Below are positions 1 through 10,665 of a stretch of 64,000 bases of DNA, piece by piece; the first letter of the stretch is position 1, and each line of letters begins with the position of its first letter. Under the pieces are notes generated by a model. It did no database searches. It saw only the letters and a program-made list of their open reading frames with translations, and was not told the origin of the DNA. This DNA comes from Dehalococcoidia bacterium. Lineage in GTDB: Bacteria > Chloroflexota > Dehalococcoidia > Plut-88900. The translations under genes and the position numbers were made by a program. The stretch is from NCBI GenBank assembly GCA_965197585.1, contig OZ240215.1:2752001-2816000 (forward strand), written 5' to 3'.

Positions 1-120
1 ACTACCAAAATGGGGCCCAAATTGCGCCCCCAACCTAAATGAGATATGCTTTTCTGCGGCAGTAATCCAGACCCGTTATTACCCACCTGACACCTACCGA
101 AAAACAACGCGGAGGAGACC

Positions 121-1167
121 ATGAAGGCAATAGTGTTCGAAGAGCACGGTGAAGTCGACAAGCTTCAATACAAGGAAATCCCCGAACCGAAGCTCGGGCC
201 CAACGAGGTGCTCTTCAAGATCAGGGCAGCAGGCTGCAATTACAACGACATCTGGGCACGCCGAGGCCTTCCGGGCATGGAGATAATCATGCCGCACGTC
301 TCGGGTTCCGACGCCTCGGGAGAGGTGGTAGAGGTCGGGAGCGAGGTGCGGAGCGTAAAGCCCGGAGATGACGTGATGGTCCACCCCGGCATAAGCTGCC
401 GCAGCTGCGAAGCCTGCACGAGCGGCCAGGAGTTCTTCTGCCGCCGTTACCGCATTTGGGGCTTCCAGACCGGTCCCCTGGATGGCGCCGACGCCGAGTA
501 CGGCAAGCTTCCCGAGGCCAACCTGATTCCCAAGCCCGCCAACATCTCCTACCAAGAGGCTGCAACGCTCCCCCTGATTCTCATGACCGTCTGGCGCATG
601 CTCGTGACGCGGGCACGCATCCAGGCCGGCGACTTCGTCCTGATCTGGGGCGGGGCGGGGGGACTCGGGTCCATGGCGATACAGGTGTGCAACCTGTTTG
701 GGGCCAGAGGGATTGCAGTAGTCGGATCTGAAGAGAAGGCGGAGTACGCCAAGAACCTCGGCGCATACGACACGATCAACCGCAAGACCCAGAAGATCAG
801 GGACGAGGTACGTCGTATCACCAACAAGGCGGGCGTGGACATCGTCTTCGAGCACACAGGAGAGCAGACCTGGAAGGACAGTGTAGGCGCACTCAAGCGG
901 GGCGGGAGCCTGGTAACCTGTGGAGCGACCAGTGGTTTCATCGGGCAGACGGACATCCGGTTCCTGTGGAACAAGCAGATGAACTTCTACGGCTCTCACA
1001 TGGCTTCCAAGGGCGAGTTCCTGCAGGGCATGAAGTTCGTGGAGTCCGGAGTGATCAAGCCTCTGCCCAGCCAGGCCGTGCCACTGAAGGAGGCCGCCAT
1101 AGCCCAAAAGACGATTGAGGACGGTGACGTGATGGGCAAGATGATACTCATTCCCGATCATGCCTAG
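121..1167 (+). CDS. Zn-binding alcohol dehydrogenase / quinone oxidoreductase (MDR family)
   Basis: 348 aa; GSDASGEV motif, structural Zn cluster CRSCEAC..C, GGAGGLG nucleotide-binding motif; RBS GGAGG upstream. Confidence 0.9.
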   Translation: MKAIVFEEHGEVDKLQYKEIPEPKLGPNEVLFKIRAAGCNYNDIWARRGLPGMEIIMPHVSGSDASGEVVEVGSEVRSVKPGDDVMVHPGISCRSCEACTSGQEFFCRRYRIWGFQTGPLDGADAEYGKLPEANLIPKPANISYQEAATLPLILMTVWRMLVTRARIQAGDFVLIWGGAGGLGSMAIQVCNLFGARGIAVVGSEEKAEYAKNLGAYDTINRKTQKIRDEVRRITNKAGVDIVFEHTGEQTWKDSVGALKRGGSLVTCGATSGFIGQTDIRFLWNKQMNFYGSHMASKGEFLQGMKFVESGVIKPLPSQAVPLKEAAIAQKTIEDGDVMGKMILIPDHA

Positions 1168-2053
1168 CACCGACACCCTACTGGTCCGGAGCGCGCTTTT
1201 CGTACCCGCAATAAGGGAGCGGTTCATCGAGAAGGCCCCTGATGCGGGCGCGGACATGATCTGCATAGACCTTGAAGACTCCGTTGCCCTCGCCGAGAAG
1301 CCGAAGGGTCGGGAGATGGCCCGGGACGCAATGCCGGGGATGAGGCGCACGGGCTACCTGATGGCCGTGCGCGTTAATTCCCTGCAGTCGGGGTTAATAG
1401 AGGACGACCTGAACGCCGTCGTCATACCAGACCTCCAGGCCATAGGATTACCCAAGGCCGACGACCCGGAGATCATCAAGCGTGTCGACCACTATCTAAC
1501 CATCCTCGAAAAGACGCGGGGCATACCCGTTGGGCAGGTCATGATATTCCCCTGGATAGAGACGGCCCTGGGCGTGATCAACGCATACACTCTCTGCACC
1601 GCCTCCCCCCGGGTGACGGCCGCTTCCGTTGGCGGTGAGGACCTGACCTCCGACATGGGGATGGAAAGGACGCGCGAGGGCCGGGAGCTCGAGTACGCCC
1701 GCAACCACGTAGCGACGGCCTGCATAGCTGCGGGCATCGTGCCCCTGGACACGGTCTTCGCCGATTTCCGGGACACCGAAGGGTTCGAGGCGGACACGGT
1801 CCACGGCAAGTCCATCGGCTTCAAGGGACGTTACTGTATACACCCTTCCCAGGTGCCCGCGGTGAATGGCATCTACCACCCAACAGACAGCGAGGTCGAG
1901 AACGCCCGCAAGGTTGTCGATGCGTACGAAGAGGGGACGCGGCAGGGTCTCGGGGCGGTGAACATGGGTGGGGTGATGGTGGATAAGCCGGTGTACGACA
2001 GGGCGATTTCTCTTCTGGCGCGGCTGTGGTTGATAGAGAGCAAGGGCGGGTAG
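1160..2053 (+). CDS. CoA ester lyase (CitE / HpcH-HpaI aldolase family)
   Basis: RSALFVP, IDLEDSV, IETALG, GGEDL, CIHPSQV, MVDKP motifs; overlaps upstream gene. Confidence 0.9.
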   Translation: MPSTDTLLVRSALFVPAIRERFIEKAPDAGADMICIDLEDSVALAEKPKGREMARDAMPGMRRTGYLMAVRVNSLQSGLIEDDLNAVVIPDLQAIGLPKADDPEIIKRVDHYLTILEKTRGIPVGQVMIFPWIETALGVINAYTLCTASPRVTAASVGGEDLTSDMGMERTREGRELEYARNHVATACIAAGIVPLDTVFADFRDTEGFEADTVHGKSIGFKGRYCIHPSQVPAVNGIYHPTDSEVENARKVVDAYEEGTRQGLGAVNMGGVMVDKPVYDRAISLLARLWLIESKGG

Positions 2054-2343
2054 GGGATAGGCGAACGTGACGGAATGGCATTACGGGACCGCCCCCGCTC
2101 GACCCTTCGATGCTCCTAAGGCGCACTTCCAGCTCAGCTCAGGATGAGCGGCCCCTCACCGGGGAAGGGCAATTGGGTGGACGGCTAGAAAGTCCGTGGT
2201 GTATGGGTCGGTCTTGAGATTCCTCGCGGGGCCCCGGAATGGGGGGGTGAGGTAGGGTAGAGCGGAGGCTGTGCCCACCCGCGCCACGACATAGCCCTAT
2301 GCCGTTGACACTTAGTTCACACAGTTCCGGACACTATCGACGC

Positions 2344-3555
2344 CTAGCACCACGGAAACTCACCATCCCTATTATTAGCCCTACCTCTCAAACTGTTCGG
2401 TATGCAGCCACTTAAGTCATTGTCGCTGAGGTACAGATTTTTCAGGTTGGCGAGGTTGCCCAACTCCGGCGGTATCTCTCCACTCAATTTATTGTTGCTG
2501 AGGCCCAGCGATTCCAGGTTGGCGAGGTCACCCAACTCCGCCGGTATCCCTCCACTCAGATAATTGTCACTGAGGTACAGCCATTCCAGGTTGGCGAGGT
2601 CACCCAACTCCGCCGGTATCTCCCCACTCAAATCGTTCTGAAAAAGTCGCAAATCTTCCAAGTTGGTCAGGTTGCCCAACTCCGCCGGTATCTCTCCACT
2701 CAGATCATTGTTACTGAGGTACAGCCATTCCAGGTTGCTCAGGTTGCCTAACTCCGCCGGTATCTCTCCACTCAAATAGTTGCCACTGAGGTTCAGCCAT
2801 TCCAGGTTGCTCAGGTTGCCCAACTCCGGGGGTATTCCGCCATTCAAGTCATTGCCACCTAGGTTTAGCGATTCCAGGTTGCTCAGGTTGCCCAACTCCG
2901 CCGGTATCTCTCGACTCAAATAGTTGCCACTGAGGTTCAGCCATTCCAGGTTGCTCAGGTTGCCCAACTCCGGGGGTATTTCGCCATTCAAGTCATTGTC
3001 TCCGAGGTTCAGCTTTTCCAGGTTGGCGAGGTTGCCTAACTCCGGGGGTATCTCTCCACTCAATCCAGTCTTACTGAGGTTCAGACTTTCCAGGTTGGCG
3101 AGGTTGCCCAACTCCGCCGGTATCTCTCCACTCAATTTATTCAAGCTGAGGTCCAGCAATTTCAGGTTGGCAAGGTTGCCCAACTCCGGGGGTATCTCTC
3201 CACTCAATCTATTCTCATCGAAGTCAAATACTCCTCCACCGAGATCCAGTACTTCCAGGCGGGTAAGGTCACCCAACTCCGGCGGTATCTCCCCGACCAA
3301 CTCGTTCTCGGCAAGGAGCAGTTCTGTAACACGGCCTTCCTCATTAGTGGATACGTTGGACCATTTGTGCAGCGGCGCATCAGTCAGCCAGTATTCTTTG
3401 TCTGCCCAGTACTCGCCGGTCGTGGCATGGAAGAGCGCAACTAGCGCTTCTCTATCAGGTTCATCGGGGCCACATGCCGATAGCGCCGCCATGACAATCA
3501 GCCCAAGTAGGCAACAAAGGAGGCCGGTCAGCCATCTTTTCGGTTGCAACTTCAT
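2344..3555 (-). CDS. Leucine-rich repeat lipoprotein (~13 plant-type 24-aa LRRs)
   Basis: Lipobox LSAC, N-cap DREALVALFHATTG..W, repeated LxxLxLSxNxLSGEIPAELGN (72-bp unit). Confidence 0.92.
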   Translation of the reverse strand: MKLQPKRWLTGLLCCLLGLIVMAALSACGPDEPDREALVALFHATTGEYWADKEYWLTDAPLHKWSNVSTNEEGRVTELLLAENELVGEIPPELGDLTRLEVLDLGGGVFDFDENRLSGEIPPELGNLANLKLLDLSLNKLSGEIPAELGNLANLESLNLSKTGLSGEIPPELGNLANLEKLNLGDNDLNGEIPPELGNLSNLEWLNLSGNYLSREIPAELGNLSNLESLNLGGNDLNGGIPPELGNLSNLEWLNLSGNYLSGEIPAELGNLSNLEWLYLSNNDLSGEIPAELGNLTNLEDLRLFQNDLSGEIPAELGDLANLEWLYLSDNYLSGGIPAELGDLANLESLGLSNNKLSGEIPPELGNLANLKNLYLSDNDLSGCIPNSLRGRANNRDGEFPWC

Positions 3556-3896
3556 GGTTCCGCCTACGCCGTCTTATTCCCAATGTCTGTGGCATTGTAC
3601 ATACCATCGGTGACACACGCCCCTTGCACCCCCACCCCCGAAATTCCCACCCTTGCCACCATCATTACTCCTTTAGCAGGGATGCACCCCTCCCCCATAG
3701 GTTTAATCCCTCATGGAGATGGGATCACGACTCGGCTAGGGCGATTCGGGTGCTCCAGCCAGCGCCTCGCACTCCTCCGAGGCCACCCCCACCCCGGCTG
3801 GCACGAAGATTGCCGCAGAGACATCCGGAAACTCCTTCAAATGCACCCCTTCGCCCTCGGTATATCAGCCAGGTTGGGTTCCGCGATTAGCAGATC

Positions 3897-4736
3897 TTAG
3901 CACCGCGGTAACTCACCGCCAATCCATGCCTTACCTATCAAACTGCGTGGTATACAGCCACTCAGTTTGTTGCCTGCGAGGCCCACATCCTCCAGGTTGG
4001 CGAGGTCACCCAGCTCCCGCGGTATCTCCCCACTCAATTCATTGTTGCTGAGGCCCAGCGATTTCAGGTTGCCAAGGTCACCCAACTCCGCCGGTATCTC
4101 GCCACTCAAATTATTGGACCTGAGATCTAACCTGACCATGCTGATCATATTGCCCAACTCTCGCGGTATCTCTCCACTCAATTCATTGTGGCTAAGGAAC
4201 AGCCGGCCCAGGTTGACAAGATCGCCCAATTCCGCCGGTAACTCTCCACTCAATTCATTTTGCTCAAGAACCAAGTCCTGCAGGTGGAAGAGGTTTCTCA
4301 ACGCTGCCGGTATCTCCCCGCTCAAGTTATTGTCATGGAGAGTCAGAAATTTCATTTTGATCGGGTTTCCCAACTCCGCCGGTATCTCTCCACTCAATTC
4401 ATTCTCACTGAGGTCCAGCCAGAACAGTTTGGTCAGATTGCCCAGCTCCGGCGGTATCTCCCCACTCAATCCATTCCTCCTGATGTGCAGTTGTGAAACA
4501 CGGCCTTCCTTAGTAGTTACGCCGTACCATTCGCCTATCGGCGCATCGCTCAGCCAGTTTTCATTGTTACGCCAGCTCGGGCCATCCGTTGCGTTGTACA
4601 GTGCAACTAGCGCTTCTCTATCCGTTTCGGGCGATGTGGTCGCTGTCGGCCGCATGTCGGAGCTACAGGCGGCCAGCAGACCCACTAGCACTAAACTAGC
4701 TATCAAGAAGCGCAAATAGACTAGAATAGTGTACAT
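3897..4736 (-). CDS. Leucine-rich repeat lipoprotein paralogue (~8 LRRs)
   Basis: Lipobox LAAC, same N-cap and LSGCIP C-cap as the neighbouring LRR gene. Confidence 0.92.
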   Translation of the reverse strand: MYTILVYLRFLIASLVLVGLLAACSSDMRPTATTSPETDREALVALYNATDGPSWRNNENWLSDAPIGEWYGVTTKEGRVSQLHIRRNGLSGEIPPELGNLTKLFWLDLSENELSGEIPAELGNPIKMKFLTLHDNNLSGEIPAALRNLFHLQDLVLEQNELSGELPAELGDLVNLGRLFLSHNELSGEIPRELGNMISMVRLDLRSNNLSGEIPAELGDLGNLKSLGLSNNELSGEIPRELGDLANLEDVGLAGNKLSGCIPRSLIGKAWIGGELPRC

Positions 4737-4901
4737 ATGAGTTATTATAATCTACCATCCCCACCCCCACATATTCGGGCCAACTACTACCTGAATCGGC
4801 GGGCAGGTTATACGTGGGGTTTGGGTGTTTTGGTACAATACCTTCGTGCTTACTGGTTAGCCCATCTTGATTCTCACGCCTTATCTCCCGGAGACCGATT
4901 C

Positions 4902-5492
4902 ATGGATAGGATTCCCAGCGCCCTTGAGAGGGCTTTAGAAAGAGTAGAAAAGCTCGGCAGGGCTTCGGCTGAAGACCTTGAAAGGTCTCGGCTTGTAGAA
5001 GAAGGGCAGAAGCTGGCCGCTCTGTACCTGAACGGCGAGGCCAACCTGCGGTCCGAGTTGAACAAGTACGAGGATAGCCCCGAACGGGCAGGCCTGGCAG
5101 ATGGGATTGAGGAAGTCCTGATTCGAAACCTCGCCCTCCCGACTACAGATGCCGTCAAGGATCGAAACAAGCTGGCCATGGACGGACTCAAGCTGACCAA
5201 GAAGGACCCGGGCGCGGTCGAGAACATCTTCAGCAAGATGCGGCAGATCTTCAACCACTACACGGGGCAAGGGGAGATGCAGCGCAAAGAGGCCCAGGAA
5301 AACCTGAAGCGGGACATGCAGATGCGGTTGTCCCAGATGGCCCGACAGCAGGGCATGCCCCCAATCGACCTGCAGCACATCGAGAGACACCCGCAATTCC
5401 AGATGGAGTGGCGCAAGGCCCGGACTCAAATGGAGGCCCAGTACGACCTATACATGAAGGAGTATAAGGAGCAACTCTCGGCGCTGGCCTAG
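4902..5492 (+). CDS. Hypothetical helical protein
   Basis: Part of ORF 4737..5492; ATG at 4902 after GGAG chosen as start; genome-typical codon usage. Confidence 0.7.
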   Translation: MDRIPSALERALERVEKLGRASAEDLERSRLVEEGQKLAALYLNGEANLRSELNKYEDSPERAGLADGIEEVLIRNLALPTTDAVKDRNKLAMDGLKLTKKDPGAVENIFSKMRQIFNHYTGQGEMQRKEAQENLKRDMQMRLSQMARQQGMPPIDLQHIERHPQFQMEWRKARTQMEAQYDLYMKEYKEQLSALA

Positions 5493-5507
5493 CTCCGATA
5501 CCTCGCC

Positions 5508-6209
5508 ATGGACGCAGACTTCGACCCCAAGGACGACCGCATCGGATACGCCATCGAGAATACCCACTTCCTGCGCGTCCCGCGGCAGCACCTATCCACC
5601 TTCGGGACCACCAACGTGCGCTACTTCCTGCTGACCACGCCCGCTTACTCGGGGGTCGTGCAGTCATCCGAGGACACTGTTATACGGGAGGGGCGCGTGA
5701 TCTCGGAGCAGCCGAGGGTCGTCACTCCGGGGTACATGCTCAACCTGCAGGGATTCGGGGACGGGGCTCGGGACTATTTCGAGCGCCTGATCAACGAGCA
5801 AGGACCCAACGTGCCCGGCATCCTCTACCACTACCGCAACGAGCAGGAGAACCTGAACATCGTCAGCGGCACCATGTTGTCGGTAATGGACAGGATCGAG
5901 AAGGACGTGGGGGACGACCCGCTGGTCGGGATCATTCGTGGCATAGACGAGATGTGGGACGTATCGCTGTTGAAGTTCATCCACGACCTCACATCCCGCT
6001 CGCTGGAGGGCAACGTACGTGAGTTGCAGGGGTCGGGGCTGCTGGGGGTAGATTCATCGGGGGCGACCGGGGACGCTCGACGGCGCATCGAGGATATGTT
6101 CATGCGGGTCGCCAAAAAGTCGGCCGACCCCAACGATCTGCGCCGGGAGCTAGAACGCTGGGGCCTCTTCTCCGAGTACGAAGACCGCTTCCTCAGGATG
6201 TTCAGGTAA
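5508..6209 (+). CDS. Hypothetical protein
   Basis: 233-aa ORF, 15 bp after upstream gene, genome-typical codon usage. Confidence 0.75.
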   Translation: MDADFDPKDDRIGYAIENTHFLRVPRQHLSTFGTTNVRYFLLTTPAYSGVVQSSEDTVIREGRVISEQPRVVTPGYMLNLQGFGDGARDYFERLINEQGPNVPGILYHYRNEQENLNIVSGTMLSVMDRIEKDVGDDPLVGIIRGIDEMWDVSLLKFIHDLTSRSLEGNVRELQGSGLLGVDSSGATGDARRRIEDMFMRVAKKSADPNDLRRELERWGLFSEYEDRFLRMFR

Positions 6210-6214
6210 GCGGG

Positions 6215-6529
6215 TTAGCCAGCCTTCTTGCACAGCTCGCAGCCGCACAGTGATCTTAGCAACGCGAAGGAATAGATCCCCGTTTCGTGGGCATCGCTCC
6301 AGAGGAGTTGGACCGCGTAGCGCCCGATCTCGATGAAGTCCAGGATTTCGATGTCAGAGGACACCGAGTCGGGGTCAAGGATTCGGCGACCCGACCACTC
6401 GTCGATGCAGTTGGCGCACTTGCACTCTTCCCGGAGCCCTTTGAAAGGGTACACGCTCCTGTGCTCCTCGTCCCACTGCACCGCCAATCCCTCTCCCGTG
6501 AGTTCAATTAATCTTGGCTCTTCTATCAT
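6215..6529 (-). CDS. DUF971 / gamma-butyrobetaine hydroxylase-like N-terminal Zn domain protein
   Basis: LREECKCANC and GRYAVQLLWSDAHETGIYSF motifs. Confidence 0.85.
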   Translation of the reverse strand: MIEEPRLIELTGEGLAVQWDEEHRSVYPFKGLREECKCANCIDEWSGRRILDPDSVSSDIEILDFIEIGRYAVQLLWSDAHETGIYSFALLRSLCGCELCKKAG

Positions 6530-7287
6530 TGAGAATTGTACCCTCCGTCTATTAGAAAGCTGGCTCCGGCCACGTATTCAGCGTCGTCGGAGGCTAGGTA
6601 AAGGGCGAGCTTGGCGACGTCCTTGGGCACGCCCATGCGGCCCACGGGAATGCCGTCCGCGTACTTGGCAGCGATGGCCGGGGAGCGGGACACGCGTCGG
6701 GAGCCGGGGGTGTCGATCACACCTGGGACGATGCAGTTGACGCGAATCCCACGCTCGCAATACTGGCTGCTAGCCGTCTTGGTCAGCTGGACTATGCCAG
6801 CCTTGGCCACCGAGTAGGGCAAAGAGAAGGTGCTCCCCCGGAGCACGACTGCCGATGAGATGTTGATGATGGCCCCACCGCCGCCTTTCAGCATGGCGGG
6901 TATGGCGTACTTGCAACCAAGGAAGGGTCCTTTCAGGAACAACCCCAGCCCCGAGTCCCACTCTTCTTCCGTAACGTCGGCGACGGGGCCGGTCTCGGTT
7001 TGGTATGCAGCGCCGTTCACCAGGATGTCGAGGCTGTCGTGCCGAGCCAGGGTGTCGTCCATGAGGGTCTTCACCTGTGCTGAGTCGGTGACATCAACGC
7101 AGTGGAACTCGGAGCTTCCTCCCATCTCCTTAGCCTCGGTCACCGCTTGCTCCCCGCCTGTTTCGTCCAGGTCGGCGATTATGGTGAACGCGCCCTCTTC
7201 GGCAAAGAGGAGAGCCGTGGCTCGGCTAATGCCGGAGGCAGCGCCGGTGACAATGGCCACCTTTCCGGAGAGCTTACCGTTCATCAT
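6526..7287 (-). CDS. SDR family oxidoreductase
   Basis: TGAASGI, YSVAK catalytic motif, IRVNCIVPG, DGG. Confidence 0.92.
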   Translation of the reverse strand: MMNGKLSGKVAIVTGAASGISRATALLFAEEGAFTIIADLDETGGEQAVTEAKEMGGSSEFHCVDVTDSAQVKTLMDDTLARHDSLDILVNGAAYQTETGPVADVTEEEWDSGLGLFLKGPFLGCKYAIPAMLKGGGGAIINISSAVVLRGSTFSLPYSVAKAGIVQLTKTASSQYCERGIRVNCIVPGVIDTPGSRRVSRSPAIAAKYADGIPVGRMGVPKDVAKLALYLASDDAEYVAGASFLIDGGYNSQ

Positions 7288-8526
7288 CTATCGCAGGTAC
7301 CCGAGGGCAGCCAAGGCGTAAATCTTCGCCGAGCTGATAAGGTCTTCCACGGGGACCCGTTCATTGGGGCCGTGGGCCATGCTGAGGAGGCCCGGGCCGA
7401 AGGCCGAGATGGTCGGGGTTCGGGCTATGGTCTGGAAGTAGGGTGCGTCCGTGCCACCGGTGAACCCCCCTATCTGTGGCTTGAACCCGAGCACCCGGTC
7501 TGTGGCATCGAGTATCGAGTCAACCAGTGGGTGATTCGCTGGTATTTCCGCCCCGTCGATCCAGCCCTGGCCGTCTGCGAGGACCATCTCGACGTCGAGG
7601 TCTGGGTCTTCCTTGCGGAGCTTGTCCAGGAAGCTGTTGAGGTCTTCCATCACCGTGTCGCGGGTCATGCCGGGTAGGAGCCGGATGTCGTTCTTCGCCT
7701 CCATGTAGCCGGGGATGATGCAGTAGTTGACGCCCCCGCTCATAGTCTCGGCGAGGTTTATAGTGATTCCTTGGGGGTAGAGGGGGTGGGGTTCGTGTCG
7801 GATGACGAGCTCTTCCGACATCCGGTAGAGCACCTTTGCCAGTTTGACCCCCGCGTTCACGCCGTTCCTGATGTCCGACTGGCTGCTGTGCATCTGGGTG
7901 CCCTTCACCATCAGCGTGAAGCAGATCGCGCCCCGGCAGGCGGTGGCCAGGAAGTCGAGGCCCGACTCCATTCCAGACGGCTCACCGATGAGGCAGGCGT
8001 CGGCTTCCGCCAAGCCCTCACTGGCCATGTACTCTGCGCCGTAGTGACCGCCGTTCTCCTCGTCGGCGGTGAAGGCAAGGACGAGTTCTCCGTTGAACGG
8101 AGCCCCCGTCTCCTTAATGGCGATGGCTCCATACAGCATGGCGGCTATGGGGCCCTTCATGTCCGCCGCGCCTCGGCCGTAGAGTTCACCGTCGATGATC
8201 TCCGCGCCGTAGGGGTCGGCGCACCAATGGGAGCGCTCATCCTCTCCGACCGGTACGACGTCGGTGTGGCCGTTATAGATGAGCCTCTTGCCGGGCCCCT
8301 CTCCCTTTAGGGTGGTGATGACGCTGGGCCGCTCCGGGTCGGAGGCAATGGTTATCGTGTCTCCCAGCGAATAGCGGTCTATGACCTCTCTCAGCGCCTC
8401 GGTCACTTCCCTTTCGCCGCCCGGCGGATTCTCCGATGGTCTCCGCAGGAGGGTCTGGGCCAGCCCGACTAGCTCGTCACGCCTGGCGTCGATGGCATCC
8501 AGAATCCGGGACTCGTTCATCGTCAT
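7288..8526 (-). CDS. M20 metallopeptidase (ArgE/DapE family deacylase)
   Basis: NGHTDVVP, GRGAADMKG, ADEE, GEP, AHGPNE motifs. Confidence 0.92.
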   Translation of the reverse strand: MTMNESRILDAIDARRDELVGLAQTLLRRPSENPPGGEREVTEALREVIDRYSLGDTITIASDPERPSVITTLKGEGPGKRLIYNGHTDVVPVGEDERSHWCADPYGAEIIDGELYGRGAADMKGPIAAMLYGAIAIKETGAPFNGELVLAFTADEENGGHYGAEYMASEGLAEADACLIGEPSGMESGLDFLATACRGAICFTLMVKGTQMHSSQSDIRNGVNAGVKLAKVLYRMSEELVIRHEPHPLYPQGITINLAETMSGGVNYCIIPGYMEAKNDIRLLPGMTRDTVMEDLNSFLDKLRKEDPDLDVEMVLADGQGWIDGAEIPANHPLVDSILDATDRVLGFKPQIGGFTGGTDAPYFQTIARTPTISAFGPGLLSMAHGPNERVPVEDLISSAKIYALAALGYLR

Positions 8527-8837
8527 CCCTCCTTGAAAAGCTAAGTAAAGACGGGGCTTGGGGGAGAGTATATATCAGGCGGTAAATCTTATGATTGTCT
8601 CTGAATGTTTCTGATTGCTTCCGTGACTGTTTGATTGATCCGGGGAGAATTTTCCCGCGCTCCTCGGGGGGATGAGCGTCGAGAAAAGGCGAGAATGCGG
8701 TAAAAGCCATGAGACATTATAGGGAGGTGGGGTGGGGGTGGGGCAAGGGGGTTCATGTCACTCGCCTCGGCGAGTCTTCGACTCTCCTCAGCGAGCCTAC
8801 GGCCCCATCCCCTTTCACGCGGGAGGGGACACCCCCC

Positions 8838-10493
8838 GAGCCTGTCTCAAAAGGGAGTGGAGGTTTATGCATCAGGGTAAACTTGGAGGGGAGAAGCTCT
8901 GAGTGGAGGTTATGGAGATGCCACTGAGACCGATGGGACGAGAGCAGGTGTGGATGCTGCCACCGACCCTGGATGAGATGGTGCCGGAAGATCATCCTGT
9001 GCGGTTCGTGGCGGAGTTCGTCGATGCATTGGATCGGGAGGACTGGGCAGAGATGGGAGTAGACATTGACGGAAGCTGGACGGGAGCGCCGGCGTACCAT
9101 CCCAGGGCATTGTTGGGGGTGTGGCTGTACGGATTCATGACGGGGGTAAGGTCGAGCCGCAAGCTGGAGGGGGCCTGCCGTGACCAGGTGCCGTATCTAT
9201 GGTTGACGGGATGGCAGCGCCCAGATCACAACACGCTGTGGAGGTTTTACAAGAGCAATCGCCAGTCGATGCGTAAACTGCTGAAGCGCACAGTGCAAAC
9301 GGCGGTGAGGATGGACCTTATCGACCTGACGCTGCAGGCAGTGGACGGCACGAAGGTGGGTGCGAATGCGACAGGAGACAGGACCCTGGATGGAGAAGGA
9401 TTGGAGCGGCTGCTGAGGCGTGTGGACCAGTCGCTGAAGGAACTGGAGGCTGAGAACGAGACGGGTGAGGGTGCCGCACCCGCCCATCTGCCTGATGAGT
9501 TGACCGAGAAGACGGCGCTGAGAGAGAAGGTGCGCCGAGCTATGGACGAACTCTCGGAGCGTAGGGAACTTAGACAGATAAACCTCACGGATAAAGACGC
9601 ACGTCTGATGAGGACTCGCCGGGGGATAGCGCCCTGCTACAACGCACAGGCGATGGTATCGCCGACGAAGACCGACACAGGCGGGAAGGGCATGTTGATT
9701 ACTGCAGTAGAGGTAGCCGATGATCCCGACGACCATTCCCAACTCGTTCCAATGCTTCAGAGGGCGGAGGAGACCACCGGCCTCAGGTCTGAGACGACGC
9801 TGGCCGATGCGGGCTATCACTCAGGGAGCAATCTGCAGCAGTGTGGGCGCAGAGAGCAGAAAGTTGTGATGCCGGAGGCACAGGACCGGGCACTGGGCCG
9901 CCCCTATCACAAGGACCGGTTCGCCTACGATGAGGATACCGACAGCTACATCTGTCCACAGGGACAACGGCTACGCTTCACCAGAATCAAGCGCACCCGG
10001 GGGATACCGATGCGGCTCTACCGGGCCTCGGGGGCCATCTGCCGAGGGTGTCCGGTCTTCGGGGTGTGTACGAGGGACGGCCGACATGGGCGAGGGCTTG
10101 AGATAGGGCCCCACGACACAGCCTTGCGCCGTCATCGGTCCTGGATGGGCAGTGATGAAGCCAGAGAGTTGTACCGTCGCAGGAAGGGTCTGGTAGAGCC
10201 GGTGTTCGGGATCATCAAAGAGCAGCAGGCGGCGCGTAGGTTCCTGCTGCGGGGCCTCAACAACGTGGCCGCCGAGTGGGGCCTGTTGGCGTCGGCCTTC
10301 AATCTGCGTACCCTGTGGCGGGTATGGCATGGCCGGACAACCCGCATATGGCGTCGCAATCTCATCCCATCTTTGGTACACAACTCCATCATCGGCCACC
10401 CGGCATGAGCCGTCGTGACCGATCATTGCACATATAACACCCCATCTAGCCCTTCACTCTTGCCACACCCCACCCCACTTGTGAGACAGGCTC
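8838..10493 (+). mobile_element. IS1182-family element, copy 1 (1656 bp)
   Basis: IRs GAGCCTGTCTCAAAAG / CTTGTGAGACAGGCTC; CCCC on both flanks (4-bp TSD). Confidence 0.9.
8903..10408 (+). CDS. IS1182-family transposase
   Basis: SSRKLE, PDHNTLWRF, AVDGTK, LADAGY, VEPVFGIIK motifs; true start may be a few codons downstream. Confidence 0.92.
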   Translation: MEVMEMPLRPMGREQVWMLPPTLDEMVPEDHPVRFVAEFVDALDREDWAEMGVDIDGSWTGAPAYHPRALLGVWLYGFMTGVRSSRKLEGACRDQVPYLWLTGWQRPDHNTLWRFYKSNRQSMRKLLKRTVQTAVRMDLIDLTLQAVDGTKVGANATGDRTLDGEGLERLLRRVDQSLKELEAENETGEGAAPAHLPDELTEKTALREKVRRAMDELSERRELRQINLTDKDARLMRTRRGIAPCYNAQAMVSPTKTDTGGKGMLITAVEVADDPDDHSQLVPMLQRAEETTGLRSETTLADAGYHSGSNLQQCGRREQKVVMPEAQDRALGRPYHKDRFAYDEDTDSYICPQGQRLRFTRIKRTRGIPMRLYRASGAICRGCPVFGVCTRDGRHGRGLEIGPHDTALRRHRSWMGSDEARELYRRRKGLVEPVFGIIKEQQAARRFLLRGLNNVAAEWGLLASAFNLRTLWRVWHGRTTRIWRRNLIPSLVHNSIIGHPA

Positions 10494-10665
10494 CCCCACT
10501 CGACCCTTCGAGTGCGCTCCCACCTCGGCGGATCCACCACAGGCGGATGTTCCATCTTCGACAGGGTGAGCGGCCCAGCCCAGGGATGGATTCCGGCTCG
10601 GGGGTGGGAATTACGGGGTGACGGTGGGATGAGGAGGCCGTACTTCGTGAGCGCGCAAGTCCTAG

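Noticed and set aside
3700-3896. Possible gene relic between the two LRR genes
   Set aside because: A short open stretch exists on the minus strand but I could not match it to any gene or family.
2344-4736. Regular 72-bp repeats as a CRISPR array
   Set aside because: They are in-frame LRR coding units with no unique spacers, and no cas genes are present.
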